Positions 34,522 to 42,983 of a DNA stretch of 43,007 bases are shown in pieces; positions within the stretch are counted from its first letter, which is position 1; each line of letters begins with the position of its first letter. A model generated the notes under the pieces. It did not search any database. It was not told the origin of the DNA and saw only the letters and a list, made by a program, of their open reading frames with translations. This DNA is from an uncultured bacterium (GTDB lineage: Bacteria; Patescibacteriota; Minisyncoccia; Phycocordibacterales; UBA5272). The translations under genes and the position numbers were made by a program. Where the stretch lies: positions 1 through 43,007 of the forward strand of contig CAILKS010000022.1 of assembly GCA_903834855.1 (NCBI GenBank), given 5' to 3'.

Positions 34522-35667
34522 TTAAACTTTCACTGTCTCTGCTATGGTAGATACCAATTCCTTATCAAACATCGTCGGTAATATCATTTCCTTCGTTGGA
34601 TTTTTCACGTGGCTAGCTAGTGCAAGTGCTGCACGTGTAAACATACTAATATCAAATTGTTTTATATTATTATCAAGCACACCTTTAAATAACCCAGGGA
34701 AAATAAGAGAATTGTTTAACTGATTCGGAAAATCACTTCGTCCGGTTGCTATAACTGCCACACCGGCTTCACGTGCGACTTCTGGCATAATTTCAGGTAT
34801 TGGATTTGCAAGTGCAAAAACAATAGAATCTTTATTCATACTCTGTGCCATTTCTTTTGTAAGAGCTCCTGCTTTTGAAACACCAACAAATACATCAGCA
34901 CCGACTACAGCATCCATCAAAGTTCCTACTCCACCTTTTAAATTACTTTTTGAAATTAATTCTAATTTTTCTTTTGTTAAATCTTCACGACCTTCATGTA
35001 TAATTCCTTTACTATCGCAAAATAAAATATTTGAAAATCCATATGAAAGTAAAATACGTGAAATTGCCACGCCAGCCGAACCAACACCATTAACTACAAT
35101 TTTTATATCTTTTCCTTCACCTCTATTAGTAACTTTTAATGCATTTATAATTCCACCCAAAACAACTGTCGCTGTACCCCATTGATCATCGTGCATTACA
35201 GGAATATTTAATTCCGCACGCAACCTTTCTTCAATTTCAAAACATCTAGGTGCTGCAATATCTTCTAAATTAACCGCACCAAAAACTGGAGCCAACTGTT
35301 TAACGGCTTTTATAATTTCTTCTGTATTTTGTGTCTCTAAACAAATTGGAAAAGCGTCCACTCCAGCAAAACTTTTTAAAATTGCAGCCTTACCTTCCAT
35401 GACAGGAATAGCCGCTAGTGCCCCTAAGTTTCCAAGTCCTAAAATAGCTGATCCATCGGAAATAATTGCGACTGTATTCCGTTTCAAAGTATATTCACGT
35501 GCAAGTGATGGGTCACGCGCAATTTCTTTACATACTTCAGCAACCCCAGGAGTATAAGCACGGGACAAATCATCTCTGTCATTCATAGGAACTTTTGTAT
35601 TAAGTTCAATTTTTCCGTGATGTAATTTATGAAGTTCTAAGGCTTCTTTATTGTAATCGTGAGTCAT
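34522..35667 (-). CDS. NAD(P)-dependent malic enzyme (short, MaeB N-terminal type)
   Basis: LSRAYTPGVAEVC, AIISDGSAILGLGNLG, VMEGKAAILKSFAGVDAFPI, VNGVGSAG. Confidence 0.9.
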   Translation of the reverse strand: MTHDYNKEALELHKLHHGKIELNTKVPMNDRDDLSRAYTPGVAEVCKEIARDPSLAREYTLKRNTVAIISDGSAILGLGNLGALAAIPVMEGKAAILKSFAGVDAFPICLETQNTEEIIKAVKQLAPVFGAVNLEDIAAPRCFEIEERLRAELNIPVMHDDQWGTATVVLGGIINALKVTNRGEGKDIKIVVNGVGSAGVAISRILLSYGFSNILFCDSKGIIHEGREDLTKEKLELISKSNLKGGVGTLMDAVVGADVFVGVSKAGALTKEMAQSMNKDSIVFALANPIPEIMPEVAREAGVAVIATGRSDFPNQLNNSLIFPGLFKGVLDNNIKQFDISMFTRAALALASHVKNPTKEMILPTMFDKELVSTIAETVKV

Positions 35668-35730
35668 GTTTTTTGATAAATTAAAAATATTATAAGGACA
35701 TTTTAGATACTCTAGTATATACTAAATCAT

Positions 35731-36243
35731 ATGAAAGCAACTATTAAAAAATATCTATCAAGTATAGTCTATGGTGGGTCAGATGGTGCAGTTTCTTACT
35801 TTACATTAATGGCTGGAGCTTACGGTGCTGGATTATCAATTAAAATGCTAATAGCAATTGGAGTGTCTAATGTTGTTGCTGATGCATTTTCTATGGCTAC
35901 AGCAGACTATTTATCAGAAGATTCTAAAATAAATATCACAGAAAAAGAAGAAGAAACAAGTGCTGTTGTAACCTTCATTTCCTTTATACTTATTGGCTTC
36001 TTCCCACTAGCTCCTTCTTTATACGCTTATTACACACTACCACCTGATGCTACATTGCCTTTTTCAATGTTTTTAGCTTCCACGATACTTACATTATTTA
36101 GTTTCACTTATATTGGATATTTAAGAGGAAAAATTTTAAAAAGAAATTTATCTCATACGATTATACAATCTATAATTATTTGCTCTATTTCTGCAGTAAT
36201 TGCTTATTATCTAGGAGAATATATAGCAGGGTTAGTTAATTAA
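35731..36243 (+). CDS. VIT1/CCC1-family membrane protein (putative Fe/Mn transporter)
   Basis: An N-terminal VYGGSDGAVSYFTLMAG... motif followed by ...ADAFSMATADYLSEDS, plus C-terminal TM helices. Confidence 0.65.
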   Translation: MKATIKKYLSSIVYGGSDGAVSYFTLMAGAYGAGLSIKMLIAIGVSNVVADAFSMATADYLSEDSKINITEKEEETSAVVTFISFILIGFFPLAPSLYAYYTLPPDATLPFSMFLASTILTLFSFTYIGYLRGKILKRNLSHTIIQSIIICSISAVIAYYLGEYIAGLVN

Positions 36244-36267
36244 GTTTTCTATAGTAAAAAGGGAAAA

Positions 36268-37131
36268 TTATTTTTTAAGTAACGCGTGTTTATTATCATA
36301 AATAGCACTGATTGCAAAAGAAATAACCATAATAAGCCCACCTGAGATCTGAATAATAGAAGTGGCTTCAAAGAAAATAAACCAAGCAACTATTCCACCA
36401 ACAAGTGGCTCAACTACACCATCATACATACTCACCATCATTTCATTACTATGTTTACTAGACCATTGAATCAATGTATACGGTAATGCAGTAAATATAA
36501 TAATTAGAATAACAAAATGTGACGTTATATCTTTTGGTACAACAAAATCATAACCGCTAAAAAACATATAAATACCAGATAAAACACTCACAGTAAGAAA
36601 CTGTTGAGCACAAAGAACACTTAAATGCACACCGGACTCCCCTTCATACCTCTCTGACATCAAGAAATAAAATGCCATAAAGAATGCTGACATAAGCAAG
36701 AATAAATCACCAAACCCTAAACCATCTAATCCTCCTACCAAGAAATACATTCCAATACCAGCCCCGAGAAGCGCAAGAGTATCAATTAAGGTAACTTTAT
36801 GTTTATAAATTATATAACCAAGATAAGGAATAAATAACATTCCTAAATTTGAAATAAAAGATGTGTTCGCTGCTGTACTTAAATGAAGTCCATACATTTG
36901 AGATATTTCCATAACTGTAATCAAAGAGCCTAACAGAATACCCTCTCTTATTCTATAAAAAATATTTTTCTTTTTATAAACCGAGTAGATAAGAAAAATA
37001 ATACCGGTAAGAAGAAAATTATAAAAAGTAAATGTTACTGGATCTATAAAATCAAGAATTCCTTTTTGAAATGCAAAGGAAGATCCCCACAAAAATGCTA
37101 CGAGGACTATTGCTAGTTTTGTTTTATTCAT
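36268..37131 (-). CDS. EamA/DMT-family transporter
   Basis: 287 aa with about 10 TM segments in two similar halves and the N-terminal pattern LWGSSFAFQK. Confidence 0.65.
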   Translation of the reverse strand: MNKTKLAIVLVAFLWGSSFAFQKGILDFIDPVTFTFYNFLLTGIIFLIYSVYKKKNIFYRIREGILLGSLITVMEISQMYGLHLSTAANTSFISNLGMLFIPYLGYIIYKHKVTLIDTLALLGAGIGMYFLVGGLDGLGFGDLFLLMSAFFMAFYFLMSERYEGESGVHLSVLCAQQFLTVSVLSGIYMFFSGYDFVVPKDITSHFVILIIIFTALPYTLIQWSSKHSNEMMVSMYDGVVEPLVGGIVAWFIFFEATSIIQISGGLIMVISFAISAIYDNKHALLKK

Positions 37132-37140
37132 AAAATATAT

Positions 37141-37569
37141 TTAACCTTTTATAAATCGTAGTGTATCACTTAATAGTAATCCATTTTTAAAATCTTCTGC
37201 CAAAGATCTTGGCAAAAGCATATTTTCCTCACTTGGTGAAATAAGTTTTATCTCACATATTTCAAAACTGTGAGTTCCTTTAAGATTTAAAATATCAGTA
37301 TAATCGCCACTATTTGTAACCTCAAAAAAGAATTCGATGTTTTGAGTATTCTCTTGTATCCAATTATTTACATAAAGAAGTCTACCTAAAACTGGTTCAA
37401 TTCCAAGTTCTTCTTTTATTTCACGTCTCATCGCCTCTTCTATATTTTCACCAAATTCTAAATGACCACCAGGAAGAGCGACGTATGAATCAGTCGGTTT
37501 ATGTTTAACGACAAGAAGTTTACCTTCAATAAGGATAATCGCTCTTAATCTAATTAAAGTGTTTTTCAT
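37141..37569 (-). CDS. NUDIX hydrolase
   Basis: Nudix box GGHLEFGENIEEAMRREIKEELGI. Confidence 0.85.
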   Translation of the reverse strand: MKNTLIRLRAIILIEGKLLVVKHKPTDSYVALPGGHLEFGENIEEAMRREIKEELGIEPVLGRLLYVNNWIQENTQNIEFFFEVTNSGDYTDILNLKGTHSFEICEIKLISPSEENMLLPRSLAEDFKNGLLLSDTLRFIKG

Positions 37570-37595
37570 ATTTTTGAATTATTCCAATACACTAT

Positions 37596-37817
37596 TTATA
37601 ATAGCCATATTTTCCAAAATTCTTTTTTATCAATTCCTAATTCATTAAGAATGGCTTTAAATACTATTTGGCTCACTTCTTTATTCGCATGTTTTGGAAC
37701 GGTAATTAAAGAAACTCCTTTCTTATACTGAACATGGCTTCCTTTTATTCTGACAATAATATATCCAAGACTTTTAAGAATTCTATCTAATTGTCTATAT
37801 GTAGGAATATTAGGCAT
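37596..37817 (-). CDS. hicA: HicA-family mRNA interferase toxin
   Basis: YRQLDRILKSLGYIIVRIKGSHVQYKK is a YcfA/HicA signature. The start is moved to the ATG at 37817 (MPNIPTYRQL). Confidence 0.75.
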   Translation of the reverse strand: MPNIPTYRQLDRILKSLGYIIVRIKGSHVQYKKGVSLITVPKHANKEVSQIVFKAILNELGIDKKEFWKIWLL

Positions 37818-38028
37818 ACAGCGGCAACAGCACAACTGATGTCTCAAAAGATTTTTTTATAGATGTAATCCCCTCCACGTGTAGAAGAACTGCTTCTCTC
37901 ATTTTTTTTATAACACCTTCATATGTATCTGCTTCTGTAGCACAAACCCCAGGTAAACCAACCGCAACAGCAGAATATCCTTTTTTTTCTTTGATTACTT
38001 GTATGGCAACTGTACTTAATTGTTTCAT
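37810..38028 (-). CDS. hicB: HicB-like antitoxin, short (72 aa, N-terminal fold only)
   Basis: GYSAVAVGLPGVCATEADTYEGVIKKMREAVLLHVEG is UPF0150/HicB-like. It overlaps the hicA start by 8 nt. The start is moved to the ATG at 38028. Confidence 0.6.
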   Translation of the reverse strand: MKQLSTVAIQVIKEKKGYSAVAVGLPGVCATEADTYEGVIKKMREAVLLHVEGITSIKKSFETSVVLLPLYA

Positions 38029-38034
38029 ATATAC

Positions 38035-38043
38035 AGAATACCA
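38035..38043 (-). promoter_or_regulatory. Extended -10 (TGGTATTCT), 6 nt upstream of the hicB ATG
   Basis: The minus strand reads TGGTATTCT-gtatat-ATG. Confidence 0.4.
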
Positions 38044-38099
38044 CGAGTTACACAAGTCAACAATAATATTTAAAAACATGTGAAATTACCTATTCGTAT

Positions 38100-38318
38100 T
38101 TTAGTAAACGTCAGCCTAGTCAGAAATTAGATGAGATACGCCGTTGATTTTTGAAAAATATTTTAGCTTGTACGTTAAAAACTACGTCAGCCGAGCCAAA
38201 ATTTGGATGGAATCCGAAGTTGTTTTGCAAAAAAAGTTTGGAGATGTACTGACTTATACATTGAAACACTTTTTTTGTAAAACGACGAGGAGTACGCCAA
38301 ATAGTGGCTCGGTGTTTC
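38100..38318. repeat. Family-B mosaic repeat copies (ATTTGGATGGAATCCG, GTACGTTAAAAACTACGTCAGCCGAG, ACGACGAGGAGTACGCC)
   Basis: It shares words with 14500-14660 and 16861-17095. The supplied ORFs here (38120..38440 and others) are spurious. Confidence 0.55.
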
Positions 38319-39209
38319 TTACTTACTGTAAAGCTCCATCTTGGAGCGTACAACCTTGGACATCTCCTCTTGCCCCATCTTCCCAAACTTATAAGGTGCA
38401 ACCTCAAGTGGATTTTCATCCATATATTCTTTTTCACCATCGCGGAAAGCTTTACGAATTTCTGTATTTATGTGAACAATAGCAATTCCGGCATCAATTG
38501 CCTTAATTAAATCTTCATCAGTGTTTCCACTCGCTCCATGAAGTACAAGAGGTACATCAACTGCGCGAGAAATATCACTTAATCTATCTATATGAAGTGC
38601 TGGCTCTACAGCATTAATTAACATGCCATGAACATTTCCAATAGCTGGTGCGAACATATCAATACCAGTTCTTAAAATAAAATCTTTTGCTTGTTCTTTT
38701 GTTGTTAAATTTTCTTCACTTACTCCCTCAGGCAATGATTCATTAAGTGATGATGACTGTCCAATATATCCAAGCTCTGCTTCTACCAAAACTTTTTTTC
38801 CAGTTTTTGCTTCATAATTTCTCACGTAATCCACACATTTTTTAACCAAAGCCACATTTTCTTCATATGGTAATTTCGCACCATCTACAATTACACTGTC
38901 ATATCCAGCTTCTACGACTTCAACTACTTTATTAAAAGAATATGTGTGATCAGCATTTAAAAAAACTGCCACATTATATTCTTCATTTAATTCATCAACA
39001 ATTTTTCTTATCATATCTACCCCCATATAATTTCTCTCACCTTCACTCGCTCCAATTATCACTGGCTGACCTAATTCTTCTGCGACTTCTACTATCGCAC
39101 GCGCCTGATCCAGATTTGAAATATTAAAATGAGCGATAGCCTTACCTGCCTGTTTATATTCATGTATCATTTCAAAATAAACTTCTGATTGTGGAACTAA
39201 TGACTTCAT
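38319..39209 (-). CDS. fba: Class II fructose-bisphosphate aldolase
   Basis: AIAHFNISN, FLNADHT, VEAELG, PLVLHGASG. Confidence 0.9.
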   Translation of the reverse strand: MKSLVPQSEVYFEMIHEYKQAGKAIAHFNISNLDQARAIVEVAEELGQPVIIGASEGERNYMGVDMIRKIVDELNEEYNVAVFLNADHTYSFNKVVEVVEAGYDSVIVDGAKLPYEENVALVKKCVDYVRNYEAKTGKKVLVEAELGYIGQSSSLNESLPEGVSEENLTTKEQAKDFILRTGIDMFAPAIGNVHGMLINAVEPALHIDRLSDISRAVDVPLVLHGASGNTDEDLIKAIDAGIAIVHINTEIRKAFRDGEKEYMDENPLEVAPYKFGKMGQEEMSKVVRSKMELYSK

Positions 39210-39217
39210 ATCAACAA

Positions 39218-39226
39218 AGTATAGCA
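39218..39226 (-). promoter_or_regulatory. Extended -10 (TGCTATACT), 8 nt upstream of the fba ATG
   Basis: The minus strand reads TGCTATACT-ttgttgat-ATG. Confidence 0.45.
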
Positions 39227-39254
39227 GAACTATTAAAAAGCTCCGAGACTACGT

Positions 39255-39352
39255 ACCTAAAATATCTAATTACCTAATTTCTAAGGTCTAATAAAAATGC
39301 ATTAGTATCTGTATTCTATTAGGTCAATTAGATATTAGGCCTTAGACCTTTT
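39255..39352. mobile_element. Second copy (inverted orientation) of the MITE-like hairpin element seen at 11565-11656
   Basis: The reverse complement aligns with 11563-11650: GGTCTAAGG(Y)CTAAT.TCTAATT.ACCTAAT.GAAT...TTTTTATTAGACCTTAGAAATTAGG. Confidence 0.6.
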
Positions 39353-39399
39353 CTTTATAACTTTTTACTAGTTCTGCACAATAAGAAATAACATAGTTG

Positions 39400-39408
39400 T
39401 GATACCAT
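39400..39408 (+). promoter_or_regulatory. Extended -10-like box (TGATACCAT), 6 nt upstream of the pfkB-family ATG
   Basis: The sequence reads TGnTACCAT-aagtgt-ATG. Confidence 0.35.
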
Positions 39409-39414
39409 AAGTGT

Positions 39415-40407
39415 ATGGAAAAGTCTTATGACATAATAGCAATTGGAGATACGGTTGTTGATGTATTTATCAAACTTGATGTTGGTCATGTTCAAGAAAC
39501 AGCAACTGGAGCTGAATTATGTTTACCTTATGGTGCCAAAATCCCATATGTTTCTGCAGTTCCAATCCCAGCTGTTGGGAATAGTGCAAACGCTGCAGTG
39601 TCTGCCTCACGACTTGGACTATCAAGTGCTTTAATTACATTTTTAGGAAAAGATGAACATGGGAAGGAATGTCTAGATAGATTAAATGAAGAAAAAGTTA
39701 GTACAGAATTTATTACACAAGAAGATGGTAAGCCAACAAATTATCATTATGTACTTTGGTATGGAGATGACCGTACAATATTAATAAAACATGCGGATTT
39801 TCTTGAAAAATTACCAGAAAACCTTACTCCACCCCAATGGCTTTATCTTTCTTCTCTTGGTGCTCATACTGAAGAATTTCATGATGAAATTACAGATTAT
39901 GTAGAAAAAAATCCCGATGTAAAACTTGCCTTTCAGCCAGGGACTTTCCAATTAAAAATTCATGATGAATTAATTGATTTATATAAACGAGTAGCAGTAC
40001 TTTGTATGAATAAAGAAGAGGCGCAGGAAATTTTAAAAACTCCTGATGAACACGAAATGAAAATGTTGCTTGATGGATTAGAATCTTTTGGACCAAAAAC
40101 AGTTATCATAACTGATGGCCATAGTGGCGCTTATATGAAATATGAAAATACATATTTCAATATGCCGATATTCCCTGACATTGCCCCTCCACTTGAACGT
40201 ACTGGCGCTGGGGACGCTTTCTTTTCAACATTCATTTCATATCTTGCAAAAGGATTTGACCCAGCATATGCAATTAGACGTGCTCCAATAAATAGTATGA
40301 ATGTCGTGCAACATGTCGGTGCTCAAGAAGGACTTTTAACAGAATCTGCGATTGAAGAATTATTAAAAAAAGCTCCGGAGGATTACCAACTAAAAATACT
40401 GGAGTAA
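39415..40407 (+). CDS. PfkB/ribokinase-family carbohydrate kinase
   Basis: An N-terminal IGDTVVDVF pattern, a C-terminal TGAGDAFFSTF motif, and a 330-aa length. Confidence 0.8.
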   Translation: MEKSYDIIAIGDTVVDVFIKLDVGHVQETATGAELCLPYGAKIPYVSAVPIPAVGNSANAAVSASRLGLSSALITFLGKDEHGKECLDRLNEEKVSTEFITQEDGKPTNYHYVLWYGDDRTILIKHADFLEKLPENLTPPQWLYLSSLGAHTEEFHDEITDYVEKNPDVKLAFQPGTFQLKIHDELIDLYKRVAVLCMNKEEAQEILKTPDEHEMKMLLDGLESFGPKTVIITDGHSGAYMKYENTYFNMPIFPDIAPPLERTGAGDAFFSTFISYLAKGFDPAYAIRRAPINSMNVVQHVGAQEGLLTESAIEELLKKAPEDYQLKILE

Positions 40408-40511
40408 TAAAGCTTTCGTTGACAATTAAAGACCTGAGGAGTAGTATCAAGTCGGTTCTATATTTTGTTTAAAGAACTAAGTTGTAAGTTTTGTTTAAAA
40501 GGAGAATTATC

Positions 40512-41018
40512 GTGAACTTTATTTTTATAGCTTGTCTTGTGTTTCTTGTTCTTTGTTTCTTTGACTTCCTCGTAATAAGGAAACGTAAAGGGAAATTTTT
40601 TCCATTTGGCTTCTTTGTTGGTTTTGTATTACCTGGATTTGTGTGTGGAGTAATCCTGGCCGTATTTATGGGTGCACTCGCCGACAAAGAAGATCGTATG
40701 GTCTCTTTTACGCCGATTGTGAGCATGAAAAATGTCCAATCGGAAAAAGGGTCATACTTTCTAGCTAGCGGTAATAGCTGGACCGCACCCTATTACGAGT
40801 ATTACAAAAAAACGGCCTCTGGTTATCAGCTAGACCGCATAAATGCCGATACTGAAGGCATCACCATCACCGAATCAAATACCTTGCCCCCGACACTCAA
40901 AGTCTACGAAACTTTCGTGACGAGAGAGTATCGGAATTGGTCTTTCTATCTCAGTGACAAAAAATACCAATTTACTGTCCCTGAAGGGACACTCAAAAAG
41001 GGATTTAATTTGAATTAA
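40512..41018 (+). CDS. Hypothetical membrane protein (168 aa) with a canonical SD and a GTG start
   Basis: AAGGAG (40499-40504) lies 7 nt before the GTG at 40512. It has two N-terminal TM helices, is GC-richer than its neighbours, and is followed by a strong terminator. Confidence 0.55.
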   Translation: MNFIFIACLVFLVLCFFDFLVIRKRKGKFFPFGFFVGFVLPGFVCGVILAVFMGALADKEDRMVSFTPIVSMKNVQSEKGSYFLASGNSWTAPYYEYYKKTASGYQLDRINADTEGITITESNTLPPTLKVYETFVTREYRNWSFYLSDKKYQFTVPEGTLKKGFNLN

Positions 41019-41040
41019 TTCAACAATCCTTGCCCAAACG

Positions 41041-41067
41041 AAAAGCCCCGCAACGCGGGGCTTTTTT
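41041..41067. terminator. Bidirectional intrinsic terminator AAAAGCCCCG-caacg-CGGGGCTTTTTT
   Basis: Direct reading. It lies between the convergent 40512 ORF and the transketolase C-subunit gene. Confidence 0.8.
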
Positions 41068-41077
41068 AATGTTTAAA

Positions 41078-42058
41078 TTACACCACTCTCTTAATTTTCT
41101 CCACAATATGTTTTGCAGATAATCCATACTCATCATAAAGTTCTTGCATCTTTCCACTCTGACCAAATCTATCCTCAACTCCAATACGAATTACTTTCAT
41201 TGGATTATGTTCCGCTAAATATTCTGTTACAGCACTTCCTAGTCCACCGTTTGACTGATGTTCTTCTAAAGTCACAACTGCTCTAACCCCGCGAGCAAAT
41301 CTCAAAAGAAAAGCTGTATCGAGTGGTTTAACTTGTGGCATATTCACAACCGTAACACCAATGCCTTCTTTTTCTAATTCCTTTGCTGCTTTTATCGCTT
41401 CATAAATAATAGGCCCACAAGCAACTATTCCGACTGATAATCCAAACTCTCCTTCTTTTCTTTTTGGAACATACATTATATAAGCTTTCTTTGGTGAAAA
41501 ACTATAATCATCAGGAAGAATGAGTGGGGTATTCTCACGAGTTAAACGTAAATAAGCCGGTGTTTTTGTCGTTGCAATATATTTTGTAATCTCTCTGGCC
41601 TCAACTGCATCACAAGGAACATATACTTCCATATTTGGAATCAATCTCATAAGCGCTATATCTTCTAAAGCTTGATGAGTCGCACCATCAGGGCCAACTG
41701 ATATACCAGCATGTGCTCCAACTATTTTTACGGGTACATTATTATAAGCAATAGTGGTACGAATTTGTTCCCAATTTCTTCCAGGAGAAAACATTGCATA
41801 ACTCGCCATAAAAGGAATTTTTCCCATTGAGGCTAAACCACTTGCCACTCCTGACATTGCTTGCTCTGTAATTCCCATTTCAAAAAATCGTAAAGGAAAT
41901 TTATCTTTAAATAAATTCATTTTTACACTATCGGTTAAATCTGCACAGAGCGCAACGACACGTGAGTCTTTTTCTCCAGCAATAACCAAACCATCACCAA
42001 ATCCTTCACGGGTTGATTTTTCTTCTTCTTTTGGGGTAAATAAAGTTGTGCGTAGCAT
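41078..42058 (-). CDS. Transketolase, C-terminal subunit (pyrimidine-binding and C-terminal domains)
   Basis: REGFGDGLV, FFEMGITEQAM, GPDGATHQALEDIALMR. It lies immediately downstream of the N-terminal subunit gene. Confidence 0.9.
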   Translation of the reverse strand: MLRTTLFTPKEEEKSTREGFGDGLVIAGEKDSRVVALCADLTDSVKMNLFKDKFPLRFFEMGITEQAMSGVASGLASMGKIPFMASYAMFSPGRNWEQIRTTIAYNNVPVKIVGAHAGISVGPDGATHQALEDIALMRLIPNMEVYVPCDAVEAREITKYIATTKTPAYLRLTRENTPLILPDDYSFSPKKAYIMYVPKRKEGEFGLSVGIVACGPIIYEAIKAAKELEKEGIGVTVVNMPQVKPLDTAFLLRFARGVRAVVTLEEHQSNGGLGSAVTEYLAEHNPMKVIRIGVEDRFGQSGKMQELYDEYGLSAKHIVEKIKRVV

Positions 42059-42063
42059 ATATT

Positions 42064-42930
42064 TTAGGCCTCTCCGTGGGTTATTTTTCCACGTAAAGTC
42101 CTTATCTCTTTCAATGCAATTTTTGCCAATTCTTCATCTGGAGTTTTTCCATGCCATCTATAATCTCCCTCGATTGAAGAGATTCCTTTTCCTGGAATAG
42201 TGTGAGCAATAATTACCGTTGGTTTATCGAGCGAACTTTTTGCCATTCCAACAGCGTGAACAATATCACGAAAATCATGTCCATTTATTTCAATAGCATG
42301 CAAATTAAAACTTTCTATTTTATCTTTCAAAGATTCCAGTGGTAAAACTGTTTCTGTATAACCATCAATCTGAATAGTATTTCTATCGATAATAGTTATG
42401 ACATTATTTACTTTAAATTTACCGAGATGAAGTAACGATTCCCACACTTGTCCTTCATTCATTTCTCCATCACCCATTAAACAATAAATATATCTCTCTG
42501 GTTTATGATTATCTATTCTATCAGCAAGTGCCATACCAATTGCCTGAGATAATCCGCAACCAAGTGGACCAGATGTTACTTCAACACCAGGAAGTGATTC
42601 ACGGTGTGGATGCCCTTGAAGACGCGAACCAAACCTGCGCAATGTTTTAAGTTCAGATACAGAAAAATATCCAGCATGAGCAAGTGAAGCATATAAAACT
42701 GGTGCGATATGACCATTAGATAAAATTACTCTATCTCTTTCTTTCCAAGCTGGATGTTCTGGATTGTGATTAAGTAATCTAAAATATAAACATGTAAAAA
42801 TATCCGCCATATCAAGTGAACCAGCAGTGTGCCCACTCTTCGCCTCAAGTAACATTTTAATTATACTTTCACGAATATCCTCAGCACGAAGAGTTAGCGC
42901 TTGTATTTCTACATCAGTGATTGAATGCAT
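42064..42930 (-). CDS. Transketolase, N-terminal (TPP-binding) subunit
   Basis: SGHTAGSLDMADIF, LSNGHIAPVLYA, GPLGCGLSQAIGMA, GDGEMNEGQVWE. The start is moved to the ATG at 42930 (MHSITDVE). Confidence 0.9.
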   Translation of the reverse strand: MHSITDVEIQALTLRAEDIRESIIKMLLEAKSGHTAGSLDMADIFTCLYFRLLNHNPEHPAWKERDRVILSNGHIAPVLYASLAHAGYFSVSELKTLRRFGSRLQGHPHRESLPGVEVTSGPLGCGLSQAIGMALADRIDNHKPERYIYCLMGDGEMNEGQVWESLLHLGKFKVNNVITIIDRNTIQIDGYTETVLPLESLKDKIESFNLHAIEINGHDFRDIVHAVGMAKSSLDKPTVIIAHTIPGKGISSIEGDYRWHGKTPDEELAKIALKEIRTLRGKITHGEA

Positions 42931-42936
42931 GAGTAT

Positions 42937-42945
42937 AGTATAGCA
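42937..42945 (-). promoter_or_regulatory. Extended -10 (TGCTATACT), 6 nt upstream of the transketolase ATG
   Basis: The minus strand reads TGCTATACT-atactc-ATG. Confidence 0.45.
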
Positions 42946-42951
42946 GAAATA

Positions 42952-42983
42952 CAATTTTCAATTTTCAATTTTCAATTTTCAAA
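42952..42983 (-). repeat. Family-A heptad tract, (TTTTCAA)x4 on plus = (TTGAAAA)x4 on minus, directly upstream of the transketolase promoter
   Basis: Direct reading. Confidence 0.8.

Noticed and set aside
38120-38510. Track ORFs 38120..38440, 38144..38482 and 38304..38510.
   Set aside because: They span the family-B repeat spacer and the 3' end of fba. The peptides are basic and low-complexity, and they overlap one another on both strands, which is typical of a GC-richer non-coding repeat.
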